Below are positions 49,527 through 60,013 of a stretch of DNA of 64,000 bases, piece by piece. Both the position numbers and the translations under genes were made by a program. The notes under the pieces are model-generated. The model made no database searches, was not told the origin of the DNA, and was given only the letters and a program-made list of their open reading frames with translations. This stretch comes from Nitrospirota bacterium (GTDB taxonomy: Bacteria > Nitrospirota > Thermodesulfovibrionia > Thermodesulfovibrionales > JdFR-86), in contig CAVRJY010000001.1 in assembly GCA_963721805.1 (NCBI GenBank), forward strand, positions 1,248,001-1,312,000, read 5' to 3'. Numbering within the stretch: position 1 is the first letter of the stretch; every line of letters begins with the position of its first letter.

Positions 49527-50639
49527 ATGCCTATCCTGATGCGCATTGCCACCTGCCTCAACATTACCGTAGCCCTTCTTTTCCTTGTAGCGGCTGCCCC
49601 GGCGGTGGCCTCTGAGCGGTCCAGCGATGAATTCCTGAGCGGTTATGTTTCCTCGATCCTTGAACGGGACTTGAACTGGGAGAGAAAAAGCTATATCTTG
49701 AAAGTTGTCAACGGGGTTGCCACGATTACCCTGTTTAAAGATGACCCGGAGAGACGCGAAGCGGTCGATAATAAATTGCGCTCTATCGACGGACTGCACG
49801 GGATAAAGATCGTGGTGAAGACCGCGGATGCCAATAAGCCGGGAGCGTTAGAAAAGATAATAGGGGTAACCGGCGAAGGGGAGTCCTTTCCGACGGGCGA
49901 CCTGTTCCGCCCCCTGCTGGCCGACCCGAAGCAACCGCAGTTCTATGTCAACTTCGACCACTTCGAATCGTTGGGTAAGCGATACACCATGGCCTCGGTC
50001 GGCTTCGGGGAGACATTCGGGCTGTATAGATTTTTCGGCAGCCGCGAGGGTGACGGCCTTCAGATGAGCGTGGAGGGCGCCCTGTTCGCCAAGTTCAACC
50101 TGAACACCGCATCGTCCGACCTCATCAACGCCGATTACACCATCGGCATCCCCGTCACCTACCGCAATGGCGACAATTCGGTCCGCATGCGCATCTATCA
50201 TCAGAGCTCGCACCTGGGGGATGAGTTGCTACTGAGCGCCAATCCTCCCAACCGGGTCAACCTCAGCTACGAAGCCGTCGAGCTCATCTATTCCCGCGAA
50301 TGGCGCGGCTGGCGAGGATATGGCGGCGGTGAGTACCTGATCCACAAGGAACCCGATGACCTGAAGCCGCTGAGCGCCCATTGGGGGGTCGAGTATCGCG
50401 GAAGCGAGCCGCTTCTGTGGAATGGCAGACCGGTTGGCGGGGTGGACATGAAGTGTCTGGAAGAGCATAACTGGGCCATCGACACGAGCGTCAAGGCTGG
50501 CCTGGAGTTCGGTCATCCCAACCCCGGACAGCGTCGTCTGCGCGTAATGGCCGAGTGGTATAAGGGATTCGACCCGCAAGGCCAGTTCTATACCAATAAG
50601 GTCGAATACTATGGCCTGGGGGTATCTCTGGGATTTTGA
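49527..50639 (+). CDS. DUF1207-like outer-membrane protein
   Basis: Signal peptide; FRPLLADPKQP, LINADY, YHQSSHLGDE, C-terminal Phe. Confidence 0.8.
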   Translation: MPILMRIATCLNITVALLFLVAAAPAVASERSSDEFLSGYVSSILERDLNWERKSYILKVVNGVATITLFKDDPERREAVDNKLRSIDGLHGIKIVVKTADANKPGALEKIIGVTGEGESFPTGDLFRPLLADPKQPQFYVNFDHFESLGKRYTMASVGFGETFGLYRFFGSREGDGLQMSVEGALFAKFNLNTASSDLINADYTIGIPVTYRNGDNSVRMRIYHQSSHLGDELLLSANPPNRVNLSYEAVELIYSREWRGWRGYGGGEYLIHKEPDDLKPLSAHWGVEYRGSEPLLWNGRPVGGVDMKCLEEHNWAIDTSVKAGLEFGHPNPGQRRLRVMAEWYKGFDPQGQFYTNKVEYYGLGVSLGF

Positions 50640-50735
50640 ATCCTGACTCAGCCAGCCAGCGATGGATTCCCGGATGTGATCCACTGCATAACGTGATAAA
50701 CTTATGCCAGGACTATATCGTTTGAGGAGGACCCG

Positions 50736-51644
50736 ATGAGACTTGTGACGCGCTCTGACTTTGACGGCATCTGCTGTGCCGTGCTCCTTAAGGAGCTTGG
50801 AATCATCAGCGATATGGTCTATGCCCACCCCAAAGACATTCAAGACGGAAAGATAAAGATCACGTCCGACGACTTGCTCGCGAACGTCCCCTACGCCGAG
50901 GGCTGCGGGTTGTGGTTCGACCACCACTCGAGCGAGGCCGAGCGCCTGGAGTTAGGCTTCGAGTTCAAGGGCTGCAGCGAACCTGCCCCGAGCGCGGCGC
51001 GCGTGATCTACAATTACTATAACGGGGCCGCGACCCTCTCGCGCTTCGACGAGATGATGACCTATGTCGACAAGGTCGACTCCGCGATGCTAACCGAGGA
51101 CGAAATCTTAAACCCGAAGGGCTGGGTGCTGCTGGGGTTCATCTGCGACCCTCGCACCGGGTTTGGCTACCACAAAGGTTTCTCGGTCAGCAACCTCGAC
51201 CTGATGAGGCAGCTGGTCGACTATATCCGTCAGTACCCGATAGTGAAGATACTCGATATCCGGGACGTCAGGGAACGCATCGAGATGTACCGCGCCGAAA
51301 ACGAACGGTTCAAGGACTTCCTCATGAGGCATACGCGCCTGGATGGGGTCGTGGCCGTGACCGACGCCAGGGGGGTGGCCGATGTGCCTCCAGGAAACCG
51401 TTTTCTGGTCTACTCCCTGTTCCCGGCGTGCAATATATCGATCCGGTTGATCGATGGCAAGGACGGAGGGTTCGTCGCGTTCTCGGTCGGCCACAGCATA
51501 CTGAACCGCACATCGAAGGTGGACGTCGGGAAACTCCTGCTCAGTTTTGGAGGAGGAGGCCACAGGGCGGTGGGCACGTGCCAGACCCCGGCCGCCGAGG
51601 CAGACCGCGTGCTCCGGGAGCTGCTGACCACGATGAACCGATAG
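50736..51644 (+). CDS. DHH-family phosphoesterase (exopolyphosphatase/nanoRNase-like)
   Basis: RLVTRSDFDG, FDHH, PSAAR, GGGGH. Confidence 0.88.
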   Translation: MRLVTRSDFDGICCAVLLKELGIISDMVYAHPKDIQDGKIKITSDDLLANVPYAEGCGLWFDHHSSEAERLELGFEFKGCSEPAPSAARVIYNYYNGAATLSRFDEMMTYVDKVDSAMLTEDEILNPKGWVLLGFICDPRTGFGYHKGFSVSNLDLMRQLVDYIRQYPIVKILDIRDVRERIEMYRAENERFKDFLMRHTRLDGVVAVTDARGVADVPPGNRFLVYSLFPACNISIRLIDGKDGGFVAFSVGHSILNRTSKVDVGKLLLSFGGGGHRAVGTCQTPAAEADRVLRELLTTMNR

Positions 51645-51706
51645 CGGATGGGCGCTTTGCCTCCCTGCCGCCACGGAACTGGTGGCGATGGGAGGAGGGC
51701 CGGCCC

Positions 51707-51736
51707 TTGCTTAAAGGGTGCGGGTTTTTCTATAAT
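51707..51736 (+). promoter_or_regulatory. Sigma70-type promoter of the rpmE operon
   Basis: TTGCTT-18 nt-TATAAT. Confidence 0.65.
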
Positions 51737-51767
51737 CAATAATATCTTTTTGAGGAGGACTTAAGGA

Positions 51768-51974
51768 GTGAAAGAAGGTATACACCCAAAGTACAATGAA
51801 GTCGATGTGACGTGCGCGTGCGGCGAGAAGTTCAAGACCCGCTCGACGCAGGACAAGGTGCGCGTGGACATATGCTCCAAGTGCCATCCGTTTTTCACCG
51901 GAAAGCACAAGGTCCTCGATATCGAGGGGCGCGTCGAGAAGTTCAAGAAGAAGTACGCGAAGAAGACTCAGTAG
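51768..51974 (+). CDS. rpmE: 50S ribosomal protein L31 (zinc-binding type)
   Basis: [23 protein letters not shown]. Confidence 0.98.
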   Translation: MKEGIHPKYNEVDVTCACGEKFKTRSTQDKVRVDICSKCHPFFTGKHKVLDIEGRVEKFKKKYAKKTQ

Positions 51975-52042
51975 CTACGCTAGAAATCTTTCGGGCCGTT
52001 GGCGCCTCTGCGTGCCGGCGGCCCTTATGTTTGTGAGGTGCG

Positions 52043-52927
52043 ATGGGACACGCGATAGGCGGACAGGCGGTAATAGAGGGCGTGATGATGAAATCCAAGC
52101 GGGGATGGTCCGTGGCGGTGCGCGGCCCCAAGGGTGAGATCCACGTCAGGACCGAACGCCTGCGCGAACTCCCGGCCATATACTCGATGCCCTTCGTGCG
52201 CGGGGTGCTCGTGCTGCTGCACACCCTGACCATAGGCATCAAGGCGCTCGAGTTTTCGGCCTCGAAGGCCTACGACGACGAGGGCGGCGAGGAGCCCCTG
52301 AGCAAGGGCGCGATAACGCTGACGATAGCGGCCTCGATAGGGCTCTCGGTGGTGCTCTTCGTGCTCGTGCCGCTGTACGCCGCCAAGCTTACTGGCATGG
52401 CCGTCGAAGCGGTGGCCAAGGGCTCGCTGCTTTTTAACCTCGTAGACGGGGTGGTGCGCGTGATAGTGTTCCTGCTCTATATCGTGATCGTGGGGATGTG
52501 GGCCGAGATGCACCGCGTGTTTGAGTACCACGGGGCTGAGCACAAGGTGATCCACGCCTACGAGGCCGGCCGCACGTTGGACGTCCAGAGCGTGCGCGAA
52601 TACAGCCCCCGCCACCCGCGGTGCGGCACCAGCTTCCTGATGATCGTGATGGTGCTGAGCATTCTCGTGTTTTCGCTCATACCCTCGGACTGGGCATTCA
52701 TATATAAGGCGCTTAGCCGCATCGTGCTGATCCCGGTCATCGCCGGCATATCTTACGAGACCCTCAAGCTCTCGGCGCGCATGAAGGACAACCCGATAGT
52801 TGGCGCGCTTATAATGCCGGGGCTGCTGTTACAGAGGCTCACGACGTTTGAGCCCGACGACAGCCAGATAGAGGTCGCGATCAAGGCCATGCGGGAAGTG
52901 CTCGACATGGAGGACTCCGATGCTTGA
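52043..52927 (+). CDS. DUF1385 membrane protein
   Basis: [29 protein letters not shown]; usual position between rpmE and prfA. Confidence 0.92.
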   Translation: MGHAIGGQAVIEGVMMKSKRGWSVAVRGPKGEIHVRTERLRELPAIYSMPFVRGVLVLLHTLTIGIKALEFSASKAYDDEGGEEPLSKGAITLTIAASIGLSVVLFVLVPLYAAKLTGMAVEAVAKGSLLFNLVDGVVRVIVFLLYIVIVGMWAEMHRVFEYHGAEHKVIHAYEAGRTLDVQSVREYSPRHPRCGTSFLMIVMVLSILVFSLIPSDWAFIYKALSRIVLIPVIAGISYETLKLSARMKDNPIVGALIMPGLLLQRLTTFEPDDSQIEVAIKAMREVLDMEDSDA

Positions 52928-53990
52928 GAAGCTTGAAAAGCTCGAGCTGCGCTACGAGGAGCTGACCAACCTGCTGATGTCGCCCGACATCATGGCCGAC
53001 ATGAAGAACTTCCAGAAGCTCTCGAAGGAGCAGGCCGACCTCTCGCCGCTCGTCGAGAAGCTCAGGGAATTTAAAAAGGTCTCCAATGACATGGAAGATG
53101 CGCGCGAGCTCATGTCCTCGGGTGACGAGGAGATGAAGACGCTCGCGCAGGCCGAGTTCGAGGAGCTGAAGGCCCGCAAGCCCGCGCTCGAAGACGAGCT
53201 GAAGCTCATGCTCATCCCCAAGGACCCGCGTGACGAGAAGAACGTCATACTCGAGATCCGCGCCGGGACCGGCGGCGACGAGGCCGCGCTCTTCGCCGCG
53301 ACCCTGTTTAGGATGTACAGCAAGTACGCCGAGGCCCGGAGGTGGAAGGTCGAGGTCGTCGACTCAAGCCCGACCGGCATCGGCGGGTTCAAGGAGATCA
53401 TCGCGACCATAGAGGGCAAGGGCGCATACAGCCGCCTGAAGTACGAAAGCGGCGTGCACCGCGTCCAGCGCGTACCGGCCACCGAGGCCTCGGGCCGCAT
53501 ACACACCTCGGCCGCTACCGTCGCCGTGCTGCCTGAGGTCGAGGACGTCGACGTGAAGATCGAGCAGAAGGACCTGCGTGTCGATACCTTCTGCGCCTCG
53601 GGACCGGGGGGGCAGGGCGTCAACACCACATATTCCGCGGTGCGCATCGTGCACATACCGACAGGCATCACGGTGCAGTGCCAGGACGAGCGGTCGCAGA
53701 TCAAAAACAGGGCGGTCGCGATGAAGGTGCTCCGCGCGAGGCTCTACGAGTCGCAGATCGAGGCGATAGAGAAGGAGCGCGCGCAGGACCGCAAGAGCCA
53801 GGTCGGCTCAGGCGACCGCTCCGAGCGCATACGCACCTATAACTTCCCGCAGACCCGCGTGACCGACCACCGTATAGGGCTGACGCTCTATAGGCTCAAC
53901 GCTGTGGTCGAGGGCGACCTTGACGAGATCATCGACGCGCTCGACGCCCACTACCAGACCGAGAAGATCAAGGACCTGCAAGGCGTCTGA
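52920..53990 (+). CDS. prfA: Peptide chain release factor 1
   Basis: [15 protein letters not shown] (PxT), GGQ motif. Confidence 0.98.
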   Translation: MLEKLEKLELRYEELTNLLMSPDIMADMKNFQKLSKEQADLSPLVEKLREFKKVSNDMEDARELMSSGDEEMKTLAQAEFEELKARKPALEDELKLMLIPKDPRDEKNVILEIRAGTGGDEAALFAATLFRMYSKYAEARRWKVEVVDSSPTGIGGFKEIIATIEGKGAYSRLKYESGVHRVQRVPATEASGRIHTSAATVAVLPEVEDVDVKIEQKDLRVDTFCASGPGGQGVNTTYSAVRIVHIPTGITVQCQDERSQIKNRAVAMKVLRARLYESQIEAIEKERAQDRKSQVGSGDRSERIRTYNFPQTRVTDHRIGLTLYRLNAVVEGDLDEIIDALDAHYQTEKIKDLQGV

Positions 53991-53995
53991 GCCCG

Positions 53996-54859
53996 GTGGA
54001 CGCCCGGAGCCTGATAAGCCTGGGGGCCGCTAGGCTCATGGCAGCCGGCATCGGCGAGGCCAGCCGCGAGGCCGAACTCCTTTTCCTTCACGCAACCCAG
54101 ATTCAGCGCGTGGCCCTCTACCGCGACAACCCCGATGTCCCATCCGCGAATGCAGAAGCATACGTTGCCCTAATCAAGCGGCGCGCGAGCCGCGAGCCTA
54201 TGTACTACATCCTGGGAGAGGTCGGGTTTATGGGGCTGCGGCTCCGGGTCGGGCCCGGGGTGCTCGTGCCGAGGCCGGAGACCGAGCTGCTCGTCGAGGA
54301 GGCCCTGCGGCTGATTGCCCCCATGCGCCACCCGCACGTGCTCGACCTCTGCACCGGAAGCGGCGCGATTGCGCTCGCGATAGCCCACGCATTGCCCGCG
54401 GCCGAGCTCACCGCGACCGAGCTATCGGCCGACGCGCTCGCCTATGCCAAGGCCTCGGCGCGGATAAACAAGATCGACAACGTGAGGTTCCTCGAGGGGC
54501 ACCTGTTCGTCCCCGTCGCGGGCATGAAGTTTGAGCTGATCGTCTCAAACCCGCCATACATACCCGCCGCAGAGATAGCCTCGCTCGAGCCGGAGGTAAG
54601 CGTCTGGGAGCCGCGCGAGGCGCTCGACGGGGGCCCGGACGGGCTCGACTTCTACCGCGAGATTCTGACAGGCGCGCTGTGCTATCTCGACCCTCCCGGT
54701 ATCGTGATGCTCGAGCTCGGCGCCGGACAGTCCGGTGCGGTAGCCTCCATAGCGGCCTCGGCTGGGCAGTACGGCAAGCCCGAGTTCGTCCGCGACCTCG
54801 CGGGCCACGAACGCATCGCGATACTGAGGCTCGGCCGAGACCCCCTTAAGTGCAATTAG
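53996..54859 (+). CDS. prmC: Release factor glutamine methyltransferase
   Basis: VLVPRPETE, DLCTGSG, SNPPY. Confidence 0.96.
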   Translation: MDARSLISLGAARLMAAGIGEASREAELLFLHATQIQRVALYRDNPDVPSANAEAYVALIKRRASREPMYYILGEVGFMGLRLRVGPGVLVPRPETELLVEEALRLIAPMRHPHVLDLCTGSGAIALAIAHALPAAELTATELSADALAYAKASARINKIDNVRFLEGHLFVPVAGMKFELIVSNPPYIPAAEIASLEPEVSVWEPREALDGGPDGLDFYREILTGALCYLDPPGIVMLELGAGQSGAVASIAASAGQYGKPEFVRDLAGHERIAILRLGRDPLKCN

Positions 54860-54860
54860 T

Positions 54861-54889
54861 TTGCTTAGACGAATATTTTAGTCTAAGAT
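54861..54889 (+). promoter_or_regulatory. Promoter with overlapping inverted repeat upstream of lolA
   Basis: TTGCTT-17 nt-TAAGAT; CTTAGAC-N10-GTCTAAG at 54864..54887. Confidence 0.55.
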
Positions 54890-54896
54890 ATATGGC

Positions 54897-55526
54897 ATGT
54901 TAGAGCTATCGTCCAGAAAGATCATGATCGCCTGCATGTTGCTGGTCCTGCTCGCGCCGCGCCATGCGCTGGCCGGGCTCATAGAGGACCTCGGCGCGCG
55001 CCAAAAGGGGCTCGCGTCGATCACCGCGACGTTCGACCAGGAGAAGCACACGGAGCTGCTGGGCCGTCCGATCAAGAACCGCGGCAAGATCTATTTCAAG
55101 GCCGGCGCGGGCGTCAGGTGGGAGTATGACGGAAAGATGCTGGTCATATACGACGGGAAGTCCGTCTACCTCCATTACCCCGAGCTCGGGGAGGCCGACA
55201 AGGTCACTGGGGCCTCTGAGTACATAGGCCCGCTTACGTTCGACATCCCGACGCTCGTCAGGGACTACAAGGTCGACGCCGTGCGCTCGGGGAAGGATAT
55301 AGTGCTGGACCTGCGGCCCAAAAAGCGGATGCCCTTTGCCTCGATGCGCATGACGTTCGGGCCAGAGGACGCCTTCCCGCGCGAGATCACCGTGACCGAG
55401 GAGAGCGGCGACAGCACGGCGATCCGCTTCCATGACATAAAGAAGAACGCTCCGCTTAGCGGCTCGCTGTTCGTATTCACCCCGCCGTCCGGCCTCAAGG
55501 TAAGGGAGCGCGGGTTTGGAAGATAA
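54897..55526 (+). CDS. lolA: Outer-membrane lipoprotein carrier LolA family protein
   Basis: Signal peptide; ATFDQEK, VRWEY, IYDGK, FVFTPP. Confidence 0.8.
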   Translation: MLELSSRKIMIACMLLVLLAPRHALAGLIEDLGARQKGLASITATFDQEKHTELLGRPIKNRGKIYFKAGAGVRWEYDGKMLVIYDGKSVYLHYPELGEADKVTGASEYIGPLTFDIPTLVRDYKVDAVRSGKDIVLDLRPKKRMPFASMRMTFGPEDAFPREITVTEESGDSTAIRFHDIKKNAPLSGSLFVFTPPSGLKVRERGFGR

Positions 55527-56940
55527 CAGGTGTTCCGTGCCGGCGGTGGATAAGCCCTACCGCGGCATAAGCGGGATAGGCGATATCAAGAGCGCCGCGG
55601 CGGTCACGTTCGGGGCGGCCCGCGACGATTTCATGGACTCGGTAACGCGGCTCCTGCACGCCGGGTGCGTCGCGCTTCAGGGCGGCCCTGCCACAGCGGA
55701 GGCCATAGTCTCGGCCGGGCCCGACCTCGTCCTGATCGGCCCGGCTGACAGGGCCTCGGACGCAGTGAAATTCGCGCTCTGCCGTGAACTGAGAGAACGC
55801 GCATACAACGGCATCGTGGTCCTGGTCACGAGCGACACGGCGTATGGCGGCGGCACCTCGGGCATCACCGGGGCGGGGTTTGACAACTACCTCCTCGTGG
55901 GCGAGCCGCCCGGCGAGATAGCGGACTCGCTTAACTGGGCCATCCTTAACCGCAAGAGAAAAAATAAGTACATAGTGCAGTTCGACTGCAATCCGGACTC
56001 CATCTATACGATAGATTCCTCGGGCCGCGTCTACGACATTAACGCGGTGGCGGCCGGGGGCTCGGGGTTCACCCCGCGCCAGATCGTCACGGGCGGGATC
56101 AACGTCAGGGAGATCGGCACCCTGGGCTGTTTCGAGGCGCAGATCATGCCCTCGATCACGCTGCAGAACGTCGGCAGGTCGTTCACGATGATGGTCGAGG
56201 ACGACAACCGCATCTTCCAGGTCAAGGCCGGCATACACAACGTCGTGACCATCGGGCTCGTGGCCGCGGTGATAAAGACCGACATCACGCGCGCGATCTA
56301 CGGGCGCACGATGGACATACTCGCAAACTCGATCACGATGCTCTCGGAGCGCGACAACTACACCGCAGGCCACTCGGCGCGCGTGTTCCACTACGTCCGC
56401 CGGATATCGGAGCAGATGGGCCTGGGCCATCAGGCCAAGGTGATAAGGCCGCTCTATTTCTCCTCCCTCCTGCACGACATCGGCAAGGTCGGGGTCAGGG
56501 ACGCGGTGCTCCTGAAGCCGGACAAGCTCGACGCGGCGGAGTTCCGGGAGCTCGCGACGCATTGCGAAAAGGGTGCGAAGATGCTCGAGCACTACGTGTT
56601 TCTGAAGGACTGCCTGCACGTCGTACGCTCGCACCACGAGCGGCCTGACGGCCGCGGATACCCGGACAGCCTCACCGGGGATGCGATCCCGCTGGGCTCG
56701 CTTATAATCGGGGTCGCGGACGGCTTCGACGCCATGACATCGACGCGGCCCTACCGCAAGGCAATGTCATACGAGCAGGCGATTGCCGAGATAAAGGACA
56801 ATCTCGGCGGACAGTTCCACGTCGAACCTGCGCGCGCGTTCCTGTCGCTTATCACCCCGCGGCTCATGGGAGAGGTGGCGGAGCTTTCCGATAAGCCCTT
56901 CATCTCGCTTACGCAGGAACTCCTCGACATGTTCACGTAG
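55516..56940 (+). CDS. HD-GYP domain phosphodiesterase with degenerate receiver-like and PAS-like N-terminus (start uncertain)
   Basis: YTAGHSARV, LHDIGK, HHERPDGRGYP, VADGFDAMTS.RPYR. Confidence 0.9.
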   Translation: MEDNRCSVPAVDKPYRGISGIGDIKSAAAVTFGAARDDFMDSVTRLLHAGCVALQGGPATAEAIVSAGPDLVLIGPADRASDAVKFALCRELRERAYNGIVVLVTSDTAYGGGTSGITGAGFDNYLLVGEPPGEIADSLNWAILNRKRKNKYIVQFDCNPDSIYTIDSSGRVYDINAVAAGGSGFTPRQIVTGGINVREIGTLGCFEAQIMPSITLQNVGRSFTMMVEDDNRIFQVKAGIHNVVTIGLVAAVIKTDITRAIYGRTMDILANSITMLSERDNYTAGHSARVFHYVRRISEQMGLGHQAKVIRPLYFSSLLHDIGKVGVRDAVLLKPDKLDAAEFRELATHCEKGAKMLEHYVFLKDCLHVVRSHHERPDGRGYPDSLTGDAIPLGSLIIGVADGFDAMTSTRPYRKAMSYEQAIAEIKDNLGGQFHVEPARAFLSLITPRLMGEVAELSDKPFISLTQELLDMFT

Positions 56941-57009
56941 TCTTGCAATCCCCCGGCGCGAGGCACTATCCTATATCCCTGTATACCTTAACCCACGGAG
57001 GTCTTTTTT

Positions 57010-58698
57010 ATGCGTTTTTCGAAGCTCTTTGTCCCGACTCTCAGGGAGGTGCCCTCGGATGCCGAGGCCATAAGCCACAAGCTCCTGCTGAGGGCCGGTT
57101 TCGTCCGCCAGCTCTCGGCCGGGCTCTATATCTACCTTCCGCTCGGGGTGCGCGTGCTGGAGCGCGTCTACCGGATCATCCGCGAGGAGATGCGGGCCAT
57201 TGGCGCGCAGGAGGTCACGATGCCGGTGCTGCATCCGGCCGAGATATGGCAGCGCACCGGGCGCTGGGACGCTATAGGGGACGAGATGTTCAGGCTCAAG
57301 GACCGCGCGGGCAGGGACATGTGCCTCGGGATGACGCACGAGGAGATCATGACCTGGATGGCCTCGCAGGAGGTGCGCTCATACCGCGACCTGCCGCAGG
57401 TCTGGTATCAGCTCCAGACGAAGCTCCGCGATGAGGCCCGCCCGAAAAGCGGCATACTGCGCACGCGCGAGTTCGTGATGAAGGACAGCTACAGCTTCGA
57501 CCGCGACGAGCAGGGGCTCGACGAAAACTACAGACTCCACATCGGGGCATACGACAAGATCTTCTCGCGCTGCGGCATCAGGTTTCACAGGGTGCAGTCC
57601 GACACCGGGATGATGGGCGGCCTCGGCGCGCACGAGTACATGGGCCCGAGCCCGGCCGGCGAGGACACGATAGTGCTCTGTGACGGATGCGGATATGCCG
57701 CTAACGTCGAACTTGCGGTATCGGTTCCTGAGAACGTCGGGTGCCCGGAGATGCAGTACGAAGAGGTCCATACCCCGAACCGCCGCACCGTGGCCGAGGT
57801 CTCGAACTTCCTGAAGCTCAAGCCGGGCTGCTTCATCAAGAGCCTGCTGCTGATAACCGATGCCCATGGCCCGGTGCTCGCGCTCGTCCGCGGCGACCAC
57901 GAGCTGCACGAAAAGAAGATGACGAAGGTCGTACAGAGCACATTTCGTCCTGCGCGAAAAGAGGAGGTCCGTGACCTCTTAGGAGTCGAGGCCGGGTTCA
58001 TCGGCCCTCAGGACCACACGCTGCGCATCATAGCTGACGAGAGCCTGCGCGGAGGGACGTTCGTGGCCGGGGCGAACAAGCCTGACTATCACATCAAGGG
58101 CATCAGGGCCGACGAGCACTTCAAGGCAGAATGGGCCGACATCCGCACCGCGAAGGATGGAGAGACTTGCACGGCTTGCGGGGCGAAACTTAAATTTGAG
58201 ACCGCGATAGAGATCGGCAACATCTTCAAGCTCGGGACGAAATACTCCGAGGCCCTGGGCGCGAACTTCCTCGACGAGGACGGGCAGGAAAAACCCATCG
58301 TGATGGGCAGCTACGGCATCGGCCCTGCGCGCATCGCTGCCGCGGCCGTAGAGCAGAACTTCGACAAGGACGGCATCATATGGCCCCGCGCCATCGCGCC
58401 CTTCGACATCGAGGTGATCCCGCTTAACATCGCCGATGAACAGTCAGTCGAGCTCGCGGCGATGATATACGAACGCCTCACGGTTGCGGGGCTCGAGGTC
58501 CTGATGGACGACCGCGACCTGCGCGCGGGGGTGAAGTTCAAGGACGCCGACCTGATCGGCATACCCACGCATATCGTGATCGGGGAGAAGACCCTCAAGG
58601 AGGGGCTCATCGAGCTTAAGGACCGCAGGTCGCGCGCGGTCGAGAAGCTCACGCCCGAGGACGTGATCGCCAAGGTGTTGAAGGATGCAGGGAAATAA
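57010..58698 (+). CDS. proS: Proline--tRNA ligase (with editing domain)
   Basis: RDEARP..G.LR.REF.MKD, IEIGNIFKLG, MGSYGIG, GVKFKDADLIG. Confidence 0.98.
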   Translation: MRFSKLFVPTLREVPSDAEAISHKLLLRAGFVRQLSAGLYIYLPLGVRVLERVYRIIREEMRAIGAQEVTMPVLHPAEIWQRTGRWDAIGDEMFRLKDRAGRDMCLGMTHEEIMTWMASQEVRSYRDLPQVWYQLQTKLRDEARPKSGILRTREFVMKDSYSFDRDEQGLDENYRLHIGAYDKIFSRCGIRFHRVQSDTGMMGGLGAHEYMGPSPAGEDTIVLCDGCGYAANVELAVSVPENVGCPEMQYEEVHTPNRRTVAEVSNFLKLKPGCFIKSLLLITDAHGPVLALVRGDHELHEKKMTKVVQSTFRPARKEEVRDLLGVEAGFIGPQDHTLRIIADESLRGGTFVAGANKPDYHIKGIRADEHFKAEWADIRTAKDGETCTACGAKLKFETAIEIGNIFKLGTKYSEALGANFLDEDGQEKPIVMGSYGIGPARIAAAAVEQNFDKDGIIWPRAIAPFDIEVIPLNIADEQSVELAAMIYERLTVAGLEVLMDDRDLRAGVKFKDADLIGIPTHIVIGEKTLKEGLIELKDRRSRAVEKLTPEDVIAKVLKDAGK

Positions 58699-60007
58699 GC
58701 AGACCGTCGACCTCATAGCGCGGGGCCGATGGGTCCTGACGATGGACGAGGGCGGCCCGGTCAAGGACTGTGCGGTCGCGGTCGATAAGGGCGTTATAGT
58801 GGACGTGGGGCCGATCCCGGCCATCGACGCGCTATACGATTCGACCGATACGATAGGCGGGCCGGACTGCTTCGTGATGCCCGGCATGGTCAACAGCCAT
58901 ACGCACTCTCCGATGGCGCTCCTGCGCGGCATAGCGGACGACCTCCCGCTGATGGAGTGGCTCGAACGCCACATCTGGCCGGCCGAGGACGCGTGGCTCA
59001 GCGAGGAGTTCGTGCATGACGCAACCGAGCTTGCTGTATTGGAGATGCTCACCTCGGGCGTGACCGCGTGCTCTGACATGTACTTTTTCCAGGACGCGAC
59101 CGCCAAGGTGATGAAGCGCCTTGGGATGAGGGCCGTGCTCGGCGCGGGGGTGATAGACTTCCCGACCAAGACCACGACAGGCCCGGACGACTGCATCGCG
59201 CGCGCCGCGGATTTCATCGCGCGCTGGAAGGGCGACCGCCTGATCACGCCATCTATCGCGGTGCACTCGGCATACACCTGCGGCCCGGATACGCTTAAGA
59301 AGTCCATGGAGCTTGCGCAGCGCGAGGGTGTGCTCTTACAGATCCACCTCAGCGAGACCGAGTGGGAGGTCGGGGAGATTCAGTCCCGCTATGGCAGACG
59401 CCCGGCGCTTCACCTCGACAGCCTCGGCGTGCTCAACGACAACCTCCTCGCCGCGCATTGCGTATGGCTTAGCGACGAGGAGATTGCCCTTATGGCAGAG
59501 CGCGGGGCGCGCGTGGCGCACTGCATCGAGAGCAACCTGAAGCTCGCCTCCGGCGTCGCGCCGATCCCCAAGATGCTGAGGGCGGGCATAACCATCGGCC
59601 TTGGCACGGACGGCGCCGCGAGCAACAACGACCTCTGCGTGCTCGGCGAGGCGCAGACCGTTTCGAAGGTCCATAAGGCGGTATGGAAGGACCCTACAGC
59701 GATGGACGCCAATACAGTGATCAGGATGGCGACGCGTGATGGGGCAAAGGCCATCGGGCTGCCGCAGTGCGGTCATATCGCGAAGGGCGCATGCGCCGAT
59801 ATAATCACGGTCGATCTGATGAGGCCCCACATGGTGCCGATGTATAACCTGCCCTCGCAGATCATATACGCGATGGAGGCCTCGGACGTGCGCGACGTGG
59901 TGGTCGACGGGAAGGTCGTGGTCAGGGCCGGGCGGCTGGTGAACGCGGATCAGATGGAGATCATACTGAAAGCCCAGGCCTGGGGCGAGAGGATCAAGAA
60001 GGCGTAG
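58685..60007 (+). CDS. mtaD: Amidohydrolase, 5'-methylthioadenosine/SAH deaminase-like
   Basis: PGMVNSHTH, LRGIADDL.LMEWL, HLSET, AHCV, SNLKLASG, GTDGAASNN. Confidence 0.85.
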   Translation: MQGNKQTVDLIARGRWVLTMDEGGPVKDCAVAVDKGVIVDVGPIPAIDALYDSTDTIGGPDCFVMPGMVNSHTHSPMALLRGIADDLPLMEWLERHIWPAEDAWLSEEFVHDATELAVLEMLTSGVTACSDMYFFQDATAKVMKRLGMRAVLGAGVIDFPTKTTTGPDDCIARAADFIARWKGDRLITPSIAVHSAYTCGPDTLKKSMELAQREGVLLQIHLSETEWEVGEIQSRYGRRPALHLDSLGVLNDNLLAAHCVWLSDEEIALMAERGARVAHCIESNLKLASGVAPIPKMLRAGITIGLGTDGAASNNDLCVLGEAQTVSKVHKAVWKDPTAMDANTVIRMATRDGAKAIGLPQCGHIAKGACADIITVDLMRPHMVPMYNLPSQIIYAMEASDVRDVVVDGKVVVRAGRLVNADQMEIILKAQAWGERIKKA

Positions 60008-60013
60008 ATTTTG

